DNA of 64,000 bases from Octopus sinensis (lineage: Eukaryota). Below, one piece after another: positions 27,835-42,775 of the stretch (position 1 is the first letter of the stretch; every line of letters begins with the position of its first letter). Location: NCBI RefSeq assembly GCF_006345805.1, contig NC_043006.1, positions 63,364,001 to 63,428,000 on the forward strand. Reading direction: 5' to 3'. The notes beneath the pieces are model-generated. The model made no database searches. It worked only from the letters and a program-made list of their open reading frames with translations, and was not told where the DNA came from. Both the position numbers and the translations under genes were made by a program.

Positions 27835-28775
27835 GAAAACATCAGATTAACAAATATATCGATTGCACTACATTTATAGCTTATTTAATAATATACAAAC
27901 CATGACATAACAAATAGGTGAAATAACAAATCCTACGGGCGTTTCCGCATCCGTTGCGAAGCGCTGTCTAAAAGTAATTGCGAAAATAAACTTCATCTTC
28001 GTAAGACATTCGGATTAAAGCATGGAGCTTCATCAGAGTAAAAAACAAGACAATCCAATATAAACAAAGGGAAGAAGGAATAGGAAAGAAAACATAGCGT
28101 AGAAAAGTAGTTTATAAGCCCAATATATTAAAAGCATGCAATCTACCATTCTCCTCAATTTAAGGTGGGAGGGCCAAGGTAGGATTCTCGGTAATATTTC
28201 TGTGAGTAAACTTTCTTAAGCCCCTTATGGTAATGTTTTGGATACATTTACTTGAGTTTACTTCGTTAGCATAGGTACTGCCCTTAGATAATCATGTTAG
28301 TAAGATTCCTTATATATTTCTTTTGATAACCGCTTTCCTTAAATTTTAAAACTTCTTCCACCCCCGCTTAAATTGAAACTACCCGTAAATAAATTGTAGA
28401 ATTCCCTAAACCATTACAAGCTCACTCTTTTATCTACGGACCTCGTAGCCCCAAGATGGTAGATTATATGCTTTTAACATATTGGGCTTATAGACTACTT
28501 TTCTCGGTCGTGTGTTCTTTCCTATTCCTTCTTCCCTTTGTTTATATTGGATGCTCTTGTTTTTTTACTCTGACGAAGCTCCATGCCTTAATCTGAATAT
28601 CCTACGAAGATGTAGAAGCTTAGTTTCGCAATTATTTTTAGACAGTACTTGGCAGTGGATGCAATAACGGCCGTAAGATTTGTTATGTCACCTATTTGTT
28701 ATATCATGCATTGTATATTAATAAATGAGCTATAAATGTGGTCCAATCGATGTATTTGTTAATCTGAGGTTTTCT
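27835..28775. mobile_element. Penelope-like fold-back remnant: ~315-bp inverted arms around a short RT-tail-like core
   Basis: 27835-28150 is inverted at 28456-28775. The minus-strand core reads FKESGYQKKYI, similar to the L..NGYP..FI motif at the end of PLE RT. Confidence 0.6.
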
Positions 28776-28958
28776 TCATTTTCTGATTATTTGTATTTGT
28801 TTCTTGATAAACTCTTGTTTATCCTGTTGTTACCTGCACTCTATGAGCATAGTGTACCTGCACACCAATGCCCGGGGATAGCACGGGTAACGGATACCGG
28901 TAGTACGTACGGATATTTTATCCCTTAGTCAGTTATTACAACCGCTAACTATTTACAC

Positions 28959-29154
<196 letters not shown>

Positions 29155-31471
29155 CAGTGATGCCTCGCAGTACGAGTTTAATTCGCTCCATGACCGAGCT
29201 CGTCTTACGATTTACTCGTTTTACAGATCAATTATCTCTATTGAAATTAACTAAAATATAATTAATCCGTTCCAGCTACCACCCCCAAACCACTCAAAAC
29301 CATTTTTATGGGTTTTTAAACAGAAAATACGTAGTTATAAGTAAAATGACAATTATAAAAAAGAGAATGCAAAAGAGATATGTAAACTGGTTTTATTAAA
29401 GATGGGACGATTTGTGCGCGAGGAAGACGATGGAGCGGGGAGGAGGAGAATTACTGTTTGGAAGGAGATTATCATTCCATTAAGACTTCAGGAAGAACAA
29501 TTTCTGGCGTTTTCTCTCTAACTTCGCTTAATTTAGGCTTTTTGGACACAGTTTCTTCACTTTTTGCACTTACAGGTCGTTTCATTAGTAACATATCAAG
29601 AGAAGTCTGCCTTTCAAAATGTTACGAAAATGCGCCAGAGCTGTGTTATTAATTAGAGCAGCTGCACGACCTGTAGCTACTTTTTACAGGATGATATTTT
29701 CCTACAAATTCAGAAACATACTGCCACTTTGCGAACACTGCCTTTATGTCACTCGTAGAGATACTATTCTCTGCTACACTGTCCTCCTCCTGGGAACCAT
29801 CCTCTTCAACCGCATCCAAATCCTGCTGCTCCTGAAGCTGCAGGAGTTCATTTGTCGTCAGCTCCGCTGAGTGTTCCTCGACGAGATCGTTAATGTCCTC
29901 ATCATCAACCTCGATGCCTATGGACTTGCCAAAAGATACTATCTCCTCGACTACAGGTGTCTCAAATTCAAACCCCTGGAAGTCTCTTTCGGATACGCAG
30001 TCAGGCCACAGTTTCTTTCATGCAGAATTCAGTGTTCTCGTTACACCCTGCCAAGCAATATTGATTATTTTCAGGCAGTTTACAATGTTGTAATAATCCT
30101 TCAAAATCTCACGAAGGGTTAGATTTGTATTTTCGGTGACTTCAGAGCACCGACCAATCAGCTGTTTTGGTGTATAATTTCTTAAAATTAGGAATCACCT
30201 GTTGGTCCATGGACTGCAAGATAGGGGTGGTGTTGCGCGAAAGGTAATGAGCTTTTATAAATTTAAATTCGTCCAGGATATCATCTTCAAGGTTAGGAGG
30301 GTGAGGAGGAGCATTGTCGGGGATGAAGAGGGCCTTTAGAGGAAGATTGTTCTCCAGAAGGTACTTTTTCACTGCTGATCCAAAGACAAGGTTGGAGAAG
30401 AATTGCCTGGTTACTCAGGCATTAACGTTTGCCCTCCTTCTAGATTTTGTGCGACTTGAACGCTCGTGAGTTTTCGGAAAGTTAGACTAAGAGCAGCTTA
30501 ATCTTCAAGTCTCCACTCGCATTGGCACAAAGGACGAGAATTAGCCTATCTTTCATAGGCATTTTCTTCTCCTCTGCAGTTATGTAGGTTCTTCTGGGCA
30601 TTTTTCCAAAAGAGGCCAGTTTCATCACAGCTGAATACCTGATGTGCGATGTACCCCTCAGCTGCGATGAGCTGACGGAATTCACGCACGAAATCTTCAG
30701 CTGCTTTCGTGTCAGAGCTCGCTACTTCTCCAAACCTGACGACGCTATGAACACCCGTCCTCTTCTTGAAATTATCAAACCAGCTGCGACAGGCCTTAAC
30801 TGCGTCTACTGATGTCTCCTCCGTCGATGTTCCCGGGTTCTGCTTCAAGAGATCCCCATACATTGCTCGTGTTTTCACAGATGATGGTCTCAGTAATCGT
30901 ATCTTCTGCGAGTTGCTTCCCGTTGATTTCCAGGAGAAGCAATGTTTCCATCCTTTCATGGACAGATGTGCGTTGCTTAGAGAGTCTGGAGACACCCTTT
31001 GCTGTTGTGACGGCCTTGATCTCGTCCTTTTTCTTCAGGATGGTGCAAATCGTCGACGTGCTTCAGACGTATTAACATGCTATGTCTACTACAAGCACTC
31101 CTCTCTCATGTTTACCAATGATTTCCTTCTTCAATTCTATCGCAATTAGCCTTTTTTTTAGCACTATTCTTTGCGCTAACCTTCTTAGGATAAATAGCTA
31201 ACACAGCTAATTATTATAAAATGCTAATGAAAAATACACGAAATGAAACAAAAACACCGGGAAAAACACAACAGGGATACTGCCACGAGATAAACTCGTG
31301 AACTGAGCGAGAGGAGACCGCGCATGTTGGGAGATCGTGTGCGAGCTCAGCGCCGACTAGCGGTCGTTTGTAAGAAACACACTCGTACTGCGGATTTCCG
31401 TTCATACTTCAAGACAATAATTCGCAAGAGTCTCGTCTCGTACAGCAATTACTCGTACAAGGGGGCACTTG
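29155..31471 (-). mobile_element. Near full-length Tigger/pogo transposon (~2.3 kb), inactive
   Basis: TA|CAGTGATGCCTCGCAGTACGAGT left end; degenerate ACTCGTACAAGGGGGCACTTG|TA right end; peptides SWFDNFKKRTG...HQVFSCDETGLFWK, KDRLILVLCANASGD, DNAPPHP, TTPILQSMDQQVI. Confidence 0.92.
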
Positions 31472-31480
31472 TACTGCACC

Positions 31481-31606
31481 TAATCCACTCACAAGGCTTT
31501 TGTCGGCCTGAGGCAATAGTAGAAGGCACTTGCCCAAAGTGCCACGCGGTGGGACTGAATCCGGAATCCTGTGATTAGAAAGCATACTTCTTACCACACA
31601 GCTACA
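31481..31606 (-). mobile_element. SINE family A, 5' (tRNA-derived) half
   Basis: Reverse reading gtagctgtgtggtaagaagtatgc...ggattcagtcccaccgcgtggcactttgggcaagtgccttctac. Confidence 0.8.
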
Positions 31607-32066
31607 TACACCTGTATTCACCTGTATATACGTATATGTATGCATAGATATATATAATTACGTTGTCAAATATTTTTTCCTGAGCATATAATATAAATGT
31701 GGCGAATACCATAGAGCCAAAGGCAAAATCAATCTGATTCCACAATGCAATTTTCAAAGTCTCAGAGTGAAGCCATTTCTGTTCACTTAATTAATATATA
31801 TTATATTATTTTTAATTCATTTTATTTTTTGAAAATATCATATTATGTTATAATATATTATGTAATATGTCATGTGATATATTAAATTTCTCCAATCATT
31901 GTTGTTTTTGATTTTTCACTCATACCAGGAACATAAACTTTCATTGTTTATTTCAACCCAGTCATATGTTTGAACAATTACCATCTCAATTCAATTTGAC
32001 TTCCTCTCACCTTCCTCTTCCCTCATTTTCTCTTTCTCTCAATCTCATCAGCCTCTATACACATAA

Positions 32067-32097
<31 letters not shown>

Positions 32098-32524
32098 CGT
32101 GTGTGTGCATGCATGTATGTATGTATGTGTATATGTAAATGTATATATATATATTAATAATGAATGACAAGCGATTCGGTGTTACATAATCAATTTCATT
32201 AGCTTACGGCTGTTTCTCCAATAAAAAAACCGTGCACCCAGGACAGAATACTCATGCAATATGTTATAACTAGCTCAGAGACATATCAATGAAGTATTTA
32301 ATAATTGAGGAAAGTATTTACATATATCAGTGGCGCACATGGACACTTACATTTAGTATGATACACTTTGATACATATGAGAACAAATTACAAAGATATT
32401 GTTACAGAACAGACGTGCATACAGACACAAGCACAAATGTATACACTGATATACGTATACGCAAATAAATACATGATATCAAAGACACACATAACCACAC
32501 AAACACATGCCCGCGCATACATGC

Positions 32525-32574
<50 letters not shown>

Positions 32575-32720
32575 GTCTGGGGGGAGTCATTCTTTTTTAG
32601 TACCTTATTATTTAACACACTCACCAGTAAAGTTTCCACTCATTTACTTATTAATTTTTCTTAAAATTTTCGTTGCGTCTTGCAACCTTTTCAATAGTCG
32701 TTGACTGGGTCTATTATTGT

Positions 32721-32985
32721 CCTATTATTGTAGGCGCATTAGGTATGATAAAAAAACATTCAGGCAAATACATAACAAAAACACCAGGACTTACAAGTAT
32801 ATATAACATACAGAAAAGATCACTACTAGGCACTACAGATATCCTGCGTAAAACACTTTCAATACAGTAAAAATAGAAGCACCACAACAAACCACAGCAC
32901 ATACCCAAGGCACACAGAGCTATGCTCGGTAGTGCAGTGAAAGCATGGGATAAAAATAAGACTACAGAATAATAACAGTAATTCA
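32721..32985 (+). mobile_element. R4/Dong non-LTR extreme 3' fragment plus 3' UTR
   Basis: PIIVGALGMIKKHSGKYITKTPGLTSIYNIQKRSLLGTTDILRKTLSIQ* followed by the same 3' UTR as 43897-43995; ends in aataataac. Confidence 0.9.
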
Positions 32986-33053
32986 TTTTTAGTAACGACA
33001 ACGGGTTTACAATAAGAAAAACATTAAAGACAGTACAGGACAAAAGAAATGTG

Positions 33054-33084
<31 letters not shown>

Positions 33085-33119
33085 TGTGTGTGTGTATGTG
33101 TAAACAAAGAAAAGACAAA

Positions 33120-35300
33120 TTCAACAATGTGTCTTCCTCAATAGGGAGGAGACTTTCGATGGCTGCTCAAGGAAAAAACATAAAAACCTCATAAGAACTC
33201 TGACTTTTGAAGCAGGTATTTTTTTTCTCTCCTTTTCTCCAACTACAGGCGTATGCTCATGGCAGGCCCGTTCATACGCACCATTCTCGCCACTTTCATT
33301 CATCTTTCAACAAACTGGGAAGAAGAAAACACTTCCTTCTCTATTTCCTTTTTCTTTTTCAAGTGAAACTTGAAAAAGTTGACTAGGGATTGGACTAAGA
33401 GATAAGTGTTTGACTTCCGCCCCTTCAGTCTCGTCCACCATACAAATTCTTTCACCATGGCCACCACATGAAGACAACCTTACCTTCCCGGTTAAAGGAA
33501 GACGGCGGAGCGATCTTCACGATGGAGTCGGTTGACAGCAGGATCCTTCCTACACGTGAAAGCAGTCGTTCAACATAAACTCACAGGTCAGCAATTCTAG
33601 GGCATTGGACGACTGCATGCAGGACTGTCTCGTTGACCTGCATGCATCTCGGACATGATCGGCTTACGGTACTTCCGTGCCTATAAAGTTTATGGTGGGG
33701 GTTATCTTCCACTCCTCATCGTAATCAGACTCTCCACATGTGATGTCCGCTCGCTCGACATCAGGAAGTGGAACATCTTCAGGCGCTGAGATGTGTTTGG
33801 GGAACTTGGTGTCGGTATGGTTGGTATTGCTGCTGCCACGGCTGAATCTGCTGAAGGTGATGGTTGTGCTGCTGTTGTCGCTTGAGTTCTGGTGGCACAC
33901 AACCACAACCACAACAACAATCACAACCACCACAACAATCAGAGCCACCACAACAACAACAACAACCACAACAATAACAACAACCACCACAACAACAGCA
34001 ATAAAAACAAAATAATGTGACTAGCATTTCAAACTACGTGGTAATAAACACAAAAACAAGTGGGGAGGAGAGGCTCCCGTCTGTCTTTTTCCCTCAATCT
34101 AGGGCAGAAAGCTTTCATATAAGTGGTAGAAAGGCAAATGTGGCACTTAGCTTTCCTTTCATCCACTCTGACCGGAATAATTCTGCCTCCATGAAGATGG
34201 ATCTGGTCCGGGATGAGATCCACATTCTTTTGGGTTGTTTGGAGGAGGACTTCTATCGTTACACCAGGCCAATTCTCCTTTTTGGCTTGATAGACTGCGA
34301 ATTTTTTCGAGTTTTCCTCGATGTGTATCGTTACTGCAGCAATTAGCAAAGGAATGGTTATTTCTGGCGGCATTTGCATGGTTATTTTGGCCAGTTTCTG
34401 GTCGCAGTAGAATGGAACCAACAACAGTTCCTCGCTTTTGAGGGGTTTCAGTGAGTGGGATTTAGGTTCCTCCTCTGTCCGGAATCTCATTTCTACCATC
34501 CTGTAGCCTCTTCCTCTCTGTATGCAATCCTTTAGGTTCCATGCAGAACCTAAAGCTTTTTGTATTTGAGCCTCTGTGACTCTTTCTACCCTCTTTGACT
34601 TTAATCCAATTGTACGATACGTCACTGTGCGACGTATCGTATTTTGCATAGTTTCCATGGGCATATTTAGCTTGACAGCTAGCCCTTCTCTTTCGACTAG
34701 CAATCTGGCATCTTTAACTTCCTCTTCAGAGAATTTTATTCTCTGAAGAGACGACTTGCTTGCAAAGTGAAGGAGAGTTTAGTGTTATTCCATGTCATTA
34801 CACCGACTCGTTCCTTCGTCGTTCTTATCGTTGTTGTTGTTATTGCTGTTGCTGATGTTGTTGTTATTGTCATTTCTGCTATAGCTGTTGTAATAGTTGT
34901 TGTTGTTGTTGACGTCTGGTTTCACTTTTGCATTGCTTTTGATGTTCACCTTATTCCTGCTTGTTTGTTTGTTTGTTTTTTTTTTGTTTTTTTTAATACT
35001 GTTTGTTGTTGTAGTGGCTGTGGTGTTGGTGGTGGAGTTACATTTGTTGCTGTCGTTCTCACTATTTTGGCTACTTAATTTCGTGATGGTGGTGACAGTG
35101 GTAGCTGTGTGCATGGGATAGGTTGTGTTTGTGGTGTTGTTCGTTGAGGTAGTGTTTCAGGTGTTTGTAGTAGTAGTGGTGATGCAGTGTCTGTTTAGAG
35201 GAGAGGGCAACTGAAAAGGAGGAAAGTCTTCATATGAGGGAGAGATGGTGGAAGGTACGCCTCTTCTTCTCAATGTTGCGGTGATGGCAGATAGTGACAC
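33120..35300 (-). mobile_element. Non-LTR (L1/Tx1-like) ORF1/gag-like remnant with low-complexity flanks
   Basis: 224-aa ORF 34029-34703 ending ...IPVRVDERKAKCHICLSTTYMKAFCP (C-x2-C-x4-[H>Y]-x4-C knuckle); poly-N/T/K low-complexity coding-like tracts on both sides. Clade assignment and boundaries are inferred. Confidence 0.55.
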
Positions 35301-36026
35301 CATCTTGAATGTATGTTCGTCTGCTTGTTTGTTTTTGTTTGTTCTTTTTTTTCAAAATAGGTGGGTGTTTTATGAAAGCAAAAATACGAAGGCAAAAATA
35401 TGAAGACAGAAATATTGGAAAATCAACCGCAGAATTCCAGGCAAGAAATTCCTGGTGTTCCCAACAATGAGTTTGAACAAAAACTTAGAATACAAAACAA
35501 TAACAAATAGGTGAAAACAATAATTATAACACAGACTCAGCGTCTTCGAAAACATGTGCTTACACCTCCGCAGACCTTAAAGACGAAGGAAAGGCACCTA
35601 AGCATTTTATCCTATATAATGATATTTATTCTCCGAATTTGAATCGACAGTTTTTAAATATAAACAAATGACCGAAAAATGATGAGCTAACCTCAGGCTG
35701 AATCGAACCCACAAATCGGTGCTTTCATGGCTCCTTGCAAATCTGATTGGCCAAACGCTGACCCATCAATTTCAGTCAAATTTAGTTAATATATACTTAA
35801 ACTGTCTTAATACGACATAAATAACATTTTTATAAACAAACCTGAAAGGCTTTGCGAGTTACGGAGAGAAAGCTACTATGGAAGGCTCATAGTATAATAA
35901 CTGTACAATAACTGTATATAATATATATCATAATGATATTTATTCTCCGATTTTGAAGTGACATTTTTTAAATATAAACAAATGACCGAAAAATGATGAG
36001 CTAACATCAGGCTGAATCGAACCTAT

Positions 36027-36032
36027 ATAGAT

Positions 36033-36127
<95 letters not shown>

Positions 36128-36157
36128 TAGATAGATAGATAGATAGATAGATAGATG
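36027..36157. repeat. (GACA)n(GATA)n compound microsatellite
   Basis: Direct reading. Confidence 0.95.
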
Positions 36158-36516
36158 GAAGTATATTTGCGTATGTGTTTAGGTGTTATATAAACATATA
36201 TGTGTGACTGTGCGTATGTGTTGATGCATGATTGCGGAATTCCTTACATTCAAATGCACACTCATACACCTGAAGTCACATAAACACACAGACGTGTGCG
36301 CACGCACACACACACACACACAGATGTACATAACACGTGTGTATTTTCACATACACAGAGACACACAAGCACATACATATACACGCATATGCATGTACGT
36401 GCGTGCTGACGTATCGTGTCTTTGTTTCTCTTCCTACCGAGCTACCAACCGATGTTCCGTATTTTTTGCCCGCTTATATATATTCACATAGTCACATATC
36501 AGCACTTCTATGTTTA

Positions 36517-36900
36517 CTAGCAGTATCGCCCGGCGTTGCTCAGGTTTGTAAGGGAAATAACTATAAAGCATTTTTAGGGAGTTATAGCCAAAAAACAGCA
36601 AAGAAATGGAAAAAAAATGATGGTAAATTTTTTTTTTAGTTAAAAAAGGTGGAGTTGCGTTCCCTAGACAGTTTGCGGTTTGTGTTTCTGATTCTCGACC
36701 CCATGTCGAATTTATCGATTTTTTTCAGAACTGGGGGAACTTTTCAAAATTTTCGCTGCGTTAGTTTTGAATTATGACATTGGGCTATGTGTGTGTCAAG
36801 TTTCATCAGAATCGGTTGAAAGCCGTGGTCAGGGTGAGGGTACAAGCAAACAGACACACAGAAACTCGCACAGACAAACTGCCGTTTATATAGAGAAAGA
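36517..36900 (-). mobile_element. Complete non-autonomous Helitron-type element (384 bp)
   Basis: Minus strand A|TC 5' end at 36900; 3' subterminal cc(t)gagcaacgccggg hairpin and CTAG|T end at 36517-36520; canonical A/T target. Confidence 0.8.
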
Positions 36901-37233
36901 TACTCAACGTTATTTATTCTCTTAATACACATTTATACATGCGCATGTTTCTATATATGTATATGTGTAATGATAATGATGATATTTTTTTCTATATAAG
37001 TGTGTGTGTGCGTGTGCCTGTGTTTGTGTGTGCATCTGTGTGTGTGTGTTTGTTGTGCATGTGTGTCTGTAGGTGTATGTGCGTGTGTGTGTGTGTAAAT
37101 GTGTGTGTCCGTATTTTTATTGTTTCTATTTGTGTATGCGCATCTGTATTCATGCAGCAGCGTTTTATGATTTTATAATATACGCACTGTAATCACATAC
37201 ATCGCATACCTATATACTTGCATGTATATATAT

Positions 37234-37291
<58 letters not shown>

Positions 37292-38180
37292 ATATATACA
37301 TACACACACACACATATATATATGTGTGTGTGTGTGTATGTATGTATATATGTATGTATATGTATATATGTATGTATGTATGTTTGTATGCATGTATATG
37401 TATGTATGTATGTCTTCTTCAATACATTTCCCAGTAAAGCCGTACATTAGTATTAAAAGTTTGTAGGTTTTAAGACCAGACAAGTATTTCTTATATAGAC
37501 TTATAGAAGCAACAACAATAATAGCAGCACAACACAAACAACAACATGACTGTAAGAGAGCAACAATAAAACCTACATCAACACAACCACTACACCAATA
37601 TTATAAAGAATGTAACGAGAGCTATAACAGACATTTAAGTTATGATGAAAAGAGCCTTGAAGAAACAAAATGTATCTTCGAAATAACGTCTTTCTCTAAA
37701 TTATAGATTTGAATCCGTTTACCTTGCAATGCGTAGCATACTTGTCTTCTTTCATTTGTCCTTAATAATTTTTTGTTTGTTTTTGCGCTTTTGTTTTTTT
37801 GTTTGTTTGTGTTTTGTGCTTTTGTTTTCTTTGTAGATTTCTTGGTTATTGGTTAGCTGGTTGGTTGGATGGTTGGCTGGTTGGTTTGGGGAGATAAACT
37901 TCATGCGATTTCTGGTTTCAGATTGAATATTTTTCATTCCCTTTCAAATAGCAACGGACAATCTTGTCTTTTGCGAAAATTCCACAATTAAACATGAAGC
38001 AATGCTGACAGCAATTCTATCCATCCATCCATCCATCCATCCATCCATACATGCATACATTCATACATACATCCATGCATGCTTACCTAGATACATACAT
38101 ATATTCAGACACACAACATACATACACATATGTATGTGTACATATACATACACGTGTATGTGTGTGTATATATATATATA

Positions 38181-38583
38181 CTCTCTTTCACTTGTTTCAG
38201 TCATTTGACTGTGGCCATGCTGGAGCACTGCTTTTAGTCGAGCAAATCGACTCCCAGGACTTATTCTTTGCAGTACTTATTCTATCGGTCTCTTTTGCTG
38301 AACCGCTAAGTTACGGGGACGTAAACACACCACCATCGGTTGTCAAACGATGTTGGGGGGACAAACACAGACGCACAAACATATACATACACATACATAT
38401 ATATAATATATATACATATATACGACGGGCTTCTTTCAGTTTCCGTCTACCAAATCCACTCACAAGGGTTTGGCCGGCCCGAGGCTATAGTAGAAGACAC
38501 TTGCCCAAGGTGCCACACAGTGGGAATGAACCCGGATCCATATGGTTGGTAAGCAAGCTACTTACCACACAGCCACTCCCGCG

Positions 38584-38586
<3 letters not shown>
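38181..38586 (-). mobile_element. SINE family A, full length
   Basis: tRNA-like head, ccttgggcaagtgtcttctac central segment, internal (TA)n/(TG)n tract and 3' module; collinear with 48579-48993. Confidence 0.92.
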
Positions 38587-38622
<36 letters not shown>

Positions 38623-38719
38623 AGACAAACACATTCACGTATCCATATTTACATAGTTATGCATACACACATTTACACACACATATATACATATATGTGT
38701 CTGTGTGTGTATATATATA

Positions 38720-39600
38720 TTGGGCTGATAAAAAGTTCGTAACGTTTTTAAGTAAAGTTCATTAACAATATTTAGATAGTTGTACATACCTTTACTCAAC
38801 CACATATTTCCCATTTTGTCCACTACTTTTCACCATCTTTGAGGCAGATTCATGATCCCATCATCCCAGAATTTGGCATCTTTCTGGGTTATGAACTGTT
38901 CTAAGTAGTCTTTACACTCTTTTAAAGAATCGAAGTTCTTCCCATTATGAGAATTTTGAAGGGATCGGAATAAATGAGAATCCGATGGTGCAAAGTCAGG
39001 TGAGTACGGTGGGTGTGGTAGGACTTCCCATCCAAGCTACACCAATTTCTGCCTGGTCTGCAAAGAAACGTGCTGTCTTGCATTGTCCTGATGTAAGACG
39101 ATCCGCTTTTGGCTGGCTAATTCTGGATGTTTTTCATCAATTAATGTTTTTCATCAATCCTTTAATCGGTCTAATTGAGAACAACAACAGCCTGAATTTA
39201 ACGTCTGATTTTGTAGAAGTAGCTCATAATACACAATGCCCTTCCAATCCCAACAGATACAGAGCATCGCCTTCTTCGGATACAGACCAGTTTTTGAAGA
39301 GATTGAAGACGGTTCATCTCGTTTTCCCTCAGGACCATTTTCGTTTTATGTTGTTGTAAATATTTTTGTCTCGTCTCAGCAGATGGAAATGCTCTCTATT
39401 AAGTTATGAGGCACCCAAACTTCATAGCAATTCGCGTAACAAAATGTTTTTAAATGCTTTATAACGTTCGCATGAGTTATTTACGGAATTTCCGCGATGT
39501 CTCGCGTTGTGTGACATGGATTTTTTTTATTAAAGTCTCGATTCACTTATTATCAACAACTACTGGCGGGCGAGATTTGGACTCTATCAGCGGCCAACAG
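38720..39600 (-). mobile_element. Mariner (DD34D) 3' portion with TIR
   Basis: TA|TTGGGCTGATAAAAAGTTCG terminus; minus strand HQDNARQH, WEVLPHPPYSPDFAPSDSHLFRSLQN. Confidence 0.85.
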
Positions 39601-39736
39601 GTAGTACAATAATTTTAAATACCACTGGAAACATAGATTCCTTGGTACCATCGGAAACTCGAGTGTTACTACTGTATATATGAGTGTGTGTGCGTGTGCG
39701 TGTGTGTCTGTGCGTGTAAGCGCGCGCACATATGTT

Positions 39737-40589
39737 CAGAATGTTCGGGCTAAATTTGACAATTTGCAAAGAAGGAAAAAAAAATGCAATATACCATCAA
39801 AAATTAAAAGTTTTTTTTTTTTAAGAATATCAACTACATTAAGGCTGGGAGATAACAATTTATTCAAAGTAGCTGTCCTCAGCTTCCAACACGGCCTCAA
39901 GACGGCTCCGGAATCTGGTACAGGCGCTCCTTGTCACTTCCTTGATCTTGGTCACCAGCTTAGACTTGGCGTAACAGATAGGGCAGTTGGTGTCTTTCTC
40001 AATCGCGCCCCACAGACAATAATTCATATGATTACAACAGGGGGAAATTAGGAGGCTAAAAATTGTGACTGGGGAAGGCATTAAAATGTTCTGACAACCA
40101 TTTCTGACACTGTGCAGAGGAATGGCGAGGAGCCGAAATCTGTCGCCACACAGGTGACCTTCCAGCAGCAACCTACTCCAGCCATGGATTAACCACAGTC
40201 TCCAGTAGCTTCATATGGTCATCTGAATTGATCCTAAGGCCCTGTTCAAAAATAGAGGGTTAAAATTCTGATGTGCAGACCCATCAGAACGCCTGCTACG
40301 TCCCTCCTTTCTGGCTACGACTTCGTAGTCTCTTGTTGCAGCTGTCATATCTTGCAGCCATTACAGTGTTCACTGAGCATTGTAGAGCAGTTATGATATC
40401 GCCATTTTGATACCTGAAACGCATCATCATAATACAGGTATTTTTTCCAATATTCAGATGGCTTCAGTCCTCAATGTCAGTTACTTCAATCGTTATGCTC
40501 TTCAACGTCGTTGACTGTTAACCAATACACCAAGCTATTCCTGAAAAAAAGGAGACATTAATATCATCAAATTTAGCCCAAACATCCTG
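39737..40589 (-). mobile_element. maT/DD37D-like Tc1-mariner element, internally deleted, with 24-bp TIRs
   Basis: cagaatgttcgggctaaatttgac (39737-39760) versus atcaaatttagcccaaacatcctg (40566-40589); C-terminus CCNHMNYCLWGAIEKDTN...ACTRFRSRLEAVLEAEDSYFE*. Confidence 0.75.
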
Positions 40590-40821
40590 CTTGTATTTAT
40601 GCAAGGTTGTAAGTATGTACATGTTATGATTTCGCTGGGACACCTTAGGGGTTCCTCGCAGACATTCAAATGAAATGTATGTTTATTTGGGAAAGCTTTT
40701 AAATAACATTTCTAAGATGTCACACAAACACTAAGCTCTGGGTGCAAATGCATCTTAAAGAAAAACAGCTGCAAGTTAATGAAAGTGTTTATAATTCTTG
40801 TTCTTTTCTCATTTATTAATT

Positions 40822-40909
<88 letters not shown>

Positions 40910-41403
40910 CAGACAGGCAGGCAGATAGACAGAGAGACACAGACACACGCACACACATCAGTTAAATGACAATATAATTGTGTGTATATGTATGTAAATG
41001 TGTATGTAAGTATTATGTATGTATGTATGTATGTACGTACGTATGTAGGTAGGTAGGTAGGTACGTACGTACGTACGTAGGTAGGTACGTACGTAGGTAC
41101 GTACGTACGTAGGTACGTTGGTAGGTACGTAGGTAGGTAGGTAGGTACGTAGGTACGTAGGTACGTAGGTAGGTAGATAGGTAGGTAGGTAGTAGGTACG
41201 TATGTATGTAGGTAGGTAGGTACGTACGTACGTACGTACGTATGTAGGTAGGTAGGTAGGTGGTAGGTAGGTAGGTAGGTAGGTAGGTAGGTAGGTACGT
41301 ACGTACGTACGTACGTATGTAGGTAGGTAGGTAGGTAGGTAGTAGGTAGGTAGGTAGGTAGGTAGGTAGGTAGGTAGGTAGGTAGGTAGGTAGGTAGGTA
41401 GGT
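40822..41403. repeat. Compound tetranucleotide array (GATA)n, (GACA), then (GTAT)/(GTAC)/(GTAG)n mosaic
   Basis: Direct reading; explains the PTYLPTYL ORFs. Confidence 0.95.
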
Positions 41404-41894
41404 TTGTATTATCCTCGCCGCAACCAAGGAGAGCACGATAGAGTCGCTCAGGTCTGAAAGCGTGTAAGTTCGTTTTCAATTGAAAGATGTTCATTGTGAG
41501 TTTGTTCCACGTTACAAACCAATAAGTAGAGATTTTTATTTAGATATCCCGTGACTGCACGTATAATACATAACTTAGAAGCAGCGTTACGTATGTGCCA
41601 GCACACACAAGCTTGAGACATGGCCGCTCTCACGCACTTCTCATGAGGAATTCCCAAAGGAGCTTCGTGAGACCACTGCAGAGAACGCTTACAGAAAAAA
41701 AAAACGTTGGAAAACCGATTATAGCAGTGACTCGATCAATTCCTAGGGATATCTGAAGAAGGAATTTTTGTATTCCGAAATAGTATATCAGACTATGGAT
41801 GATTAAACTATAACAGTTATTATAGTCCATTGTTGTTATTATAGTGCATTGCTGTGCCATTCAAGACACATTATAATTACAAACAATACACAAT

Positions 41895-42775
<881 letters not shown>

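Noticed and set aside
41400-41860. GPCR-like ISLGIDRVTAIIGFP (DRY-like) in a minus-strand frame
   Set aside because: A single short motif with two in-frame stops and no other transmembrane-helix signatures; compatible with chance.
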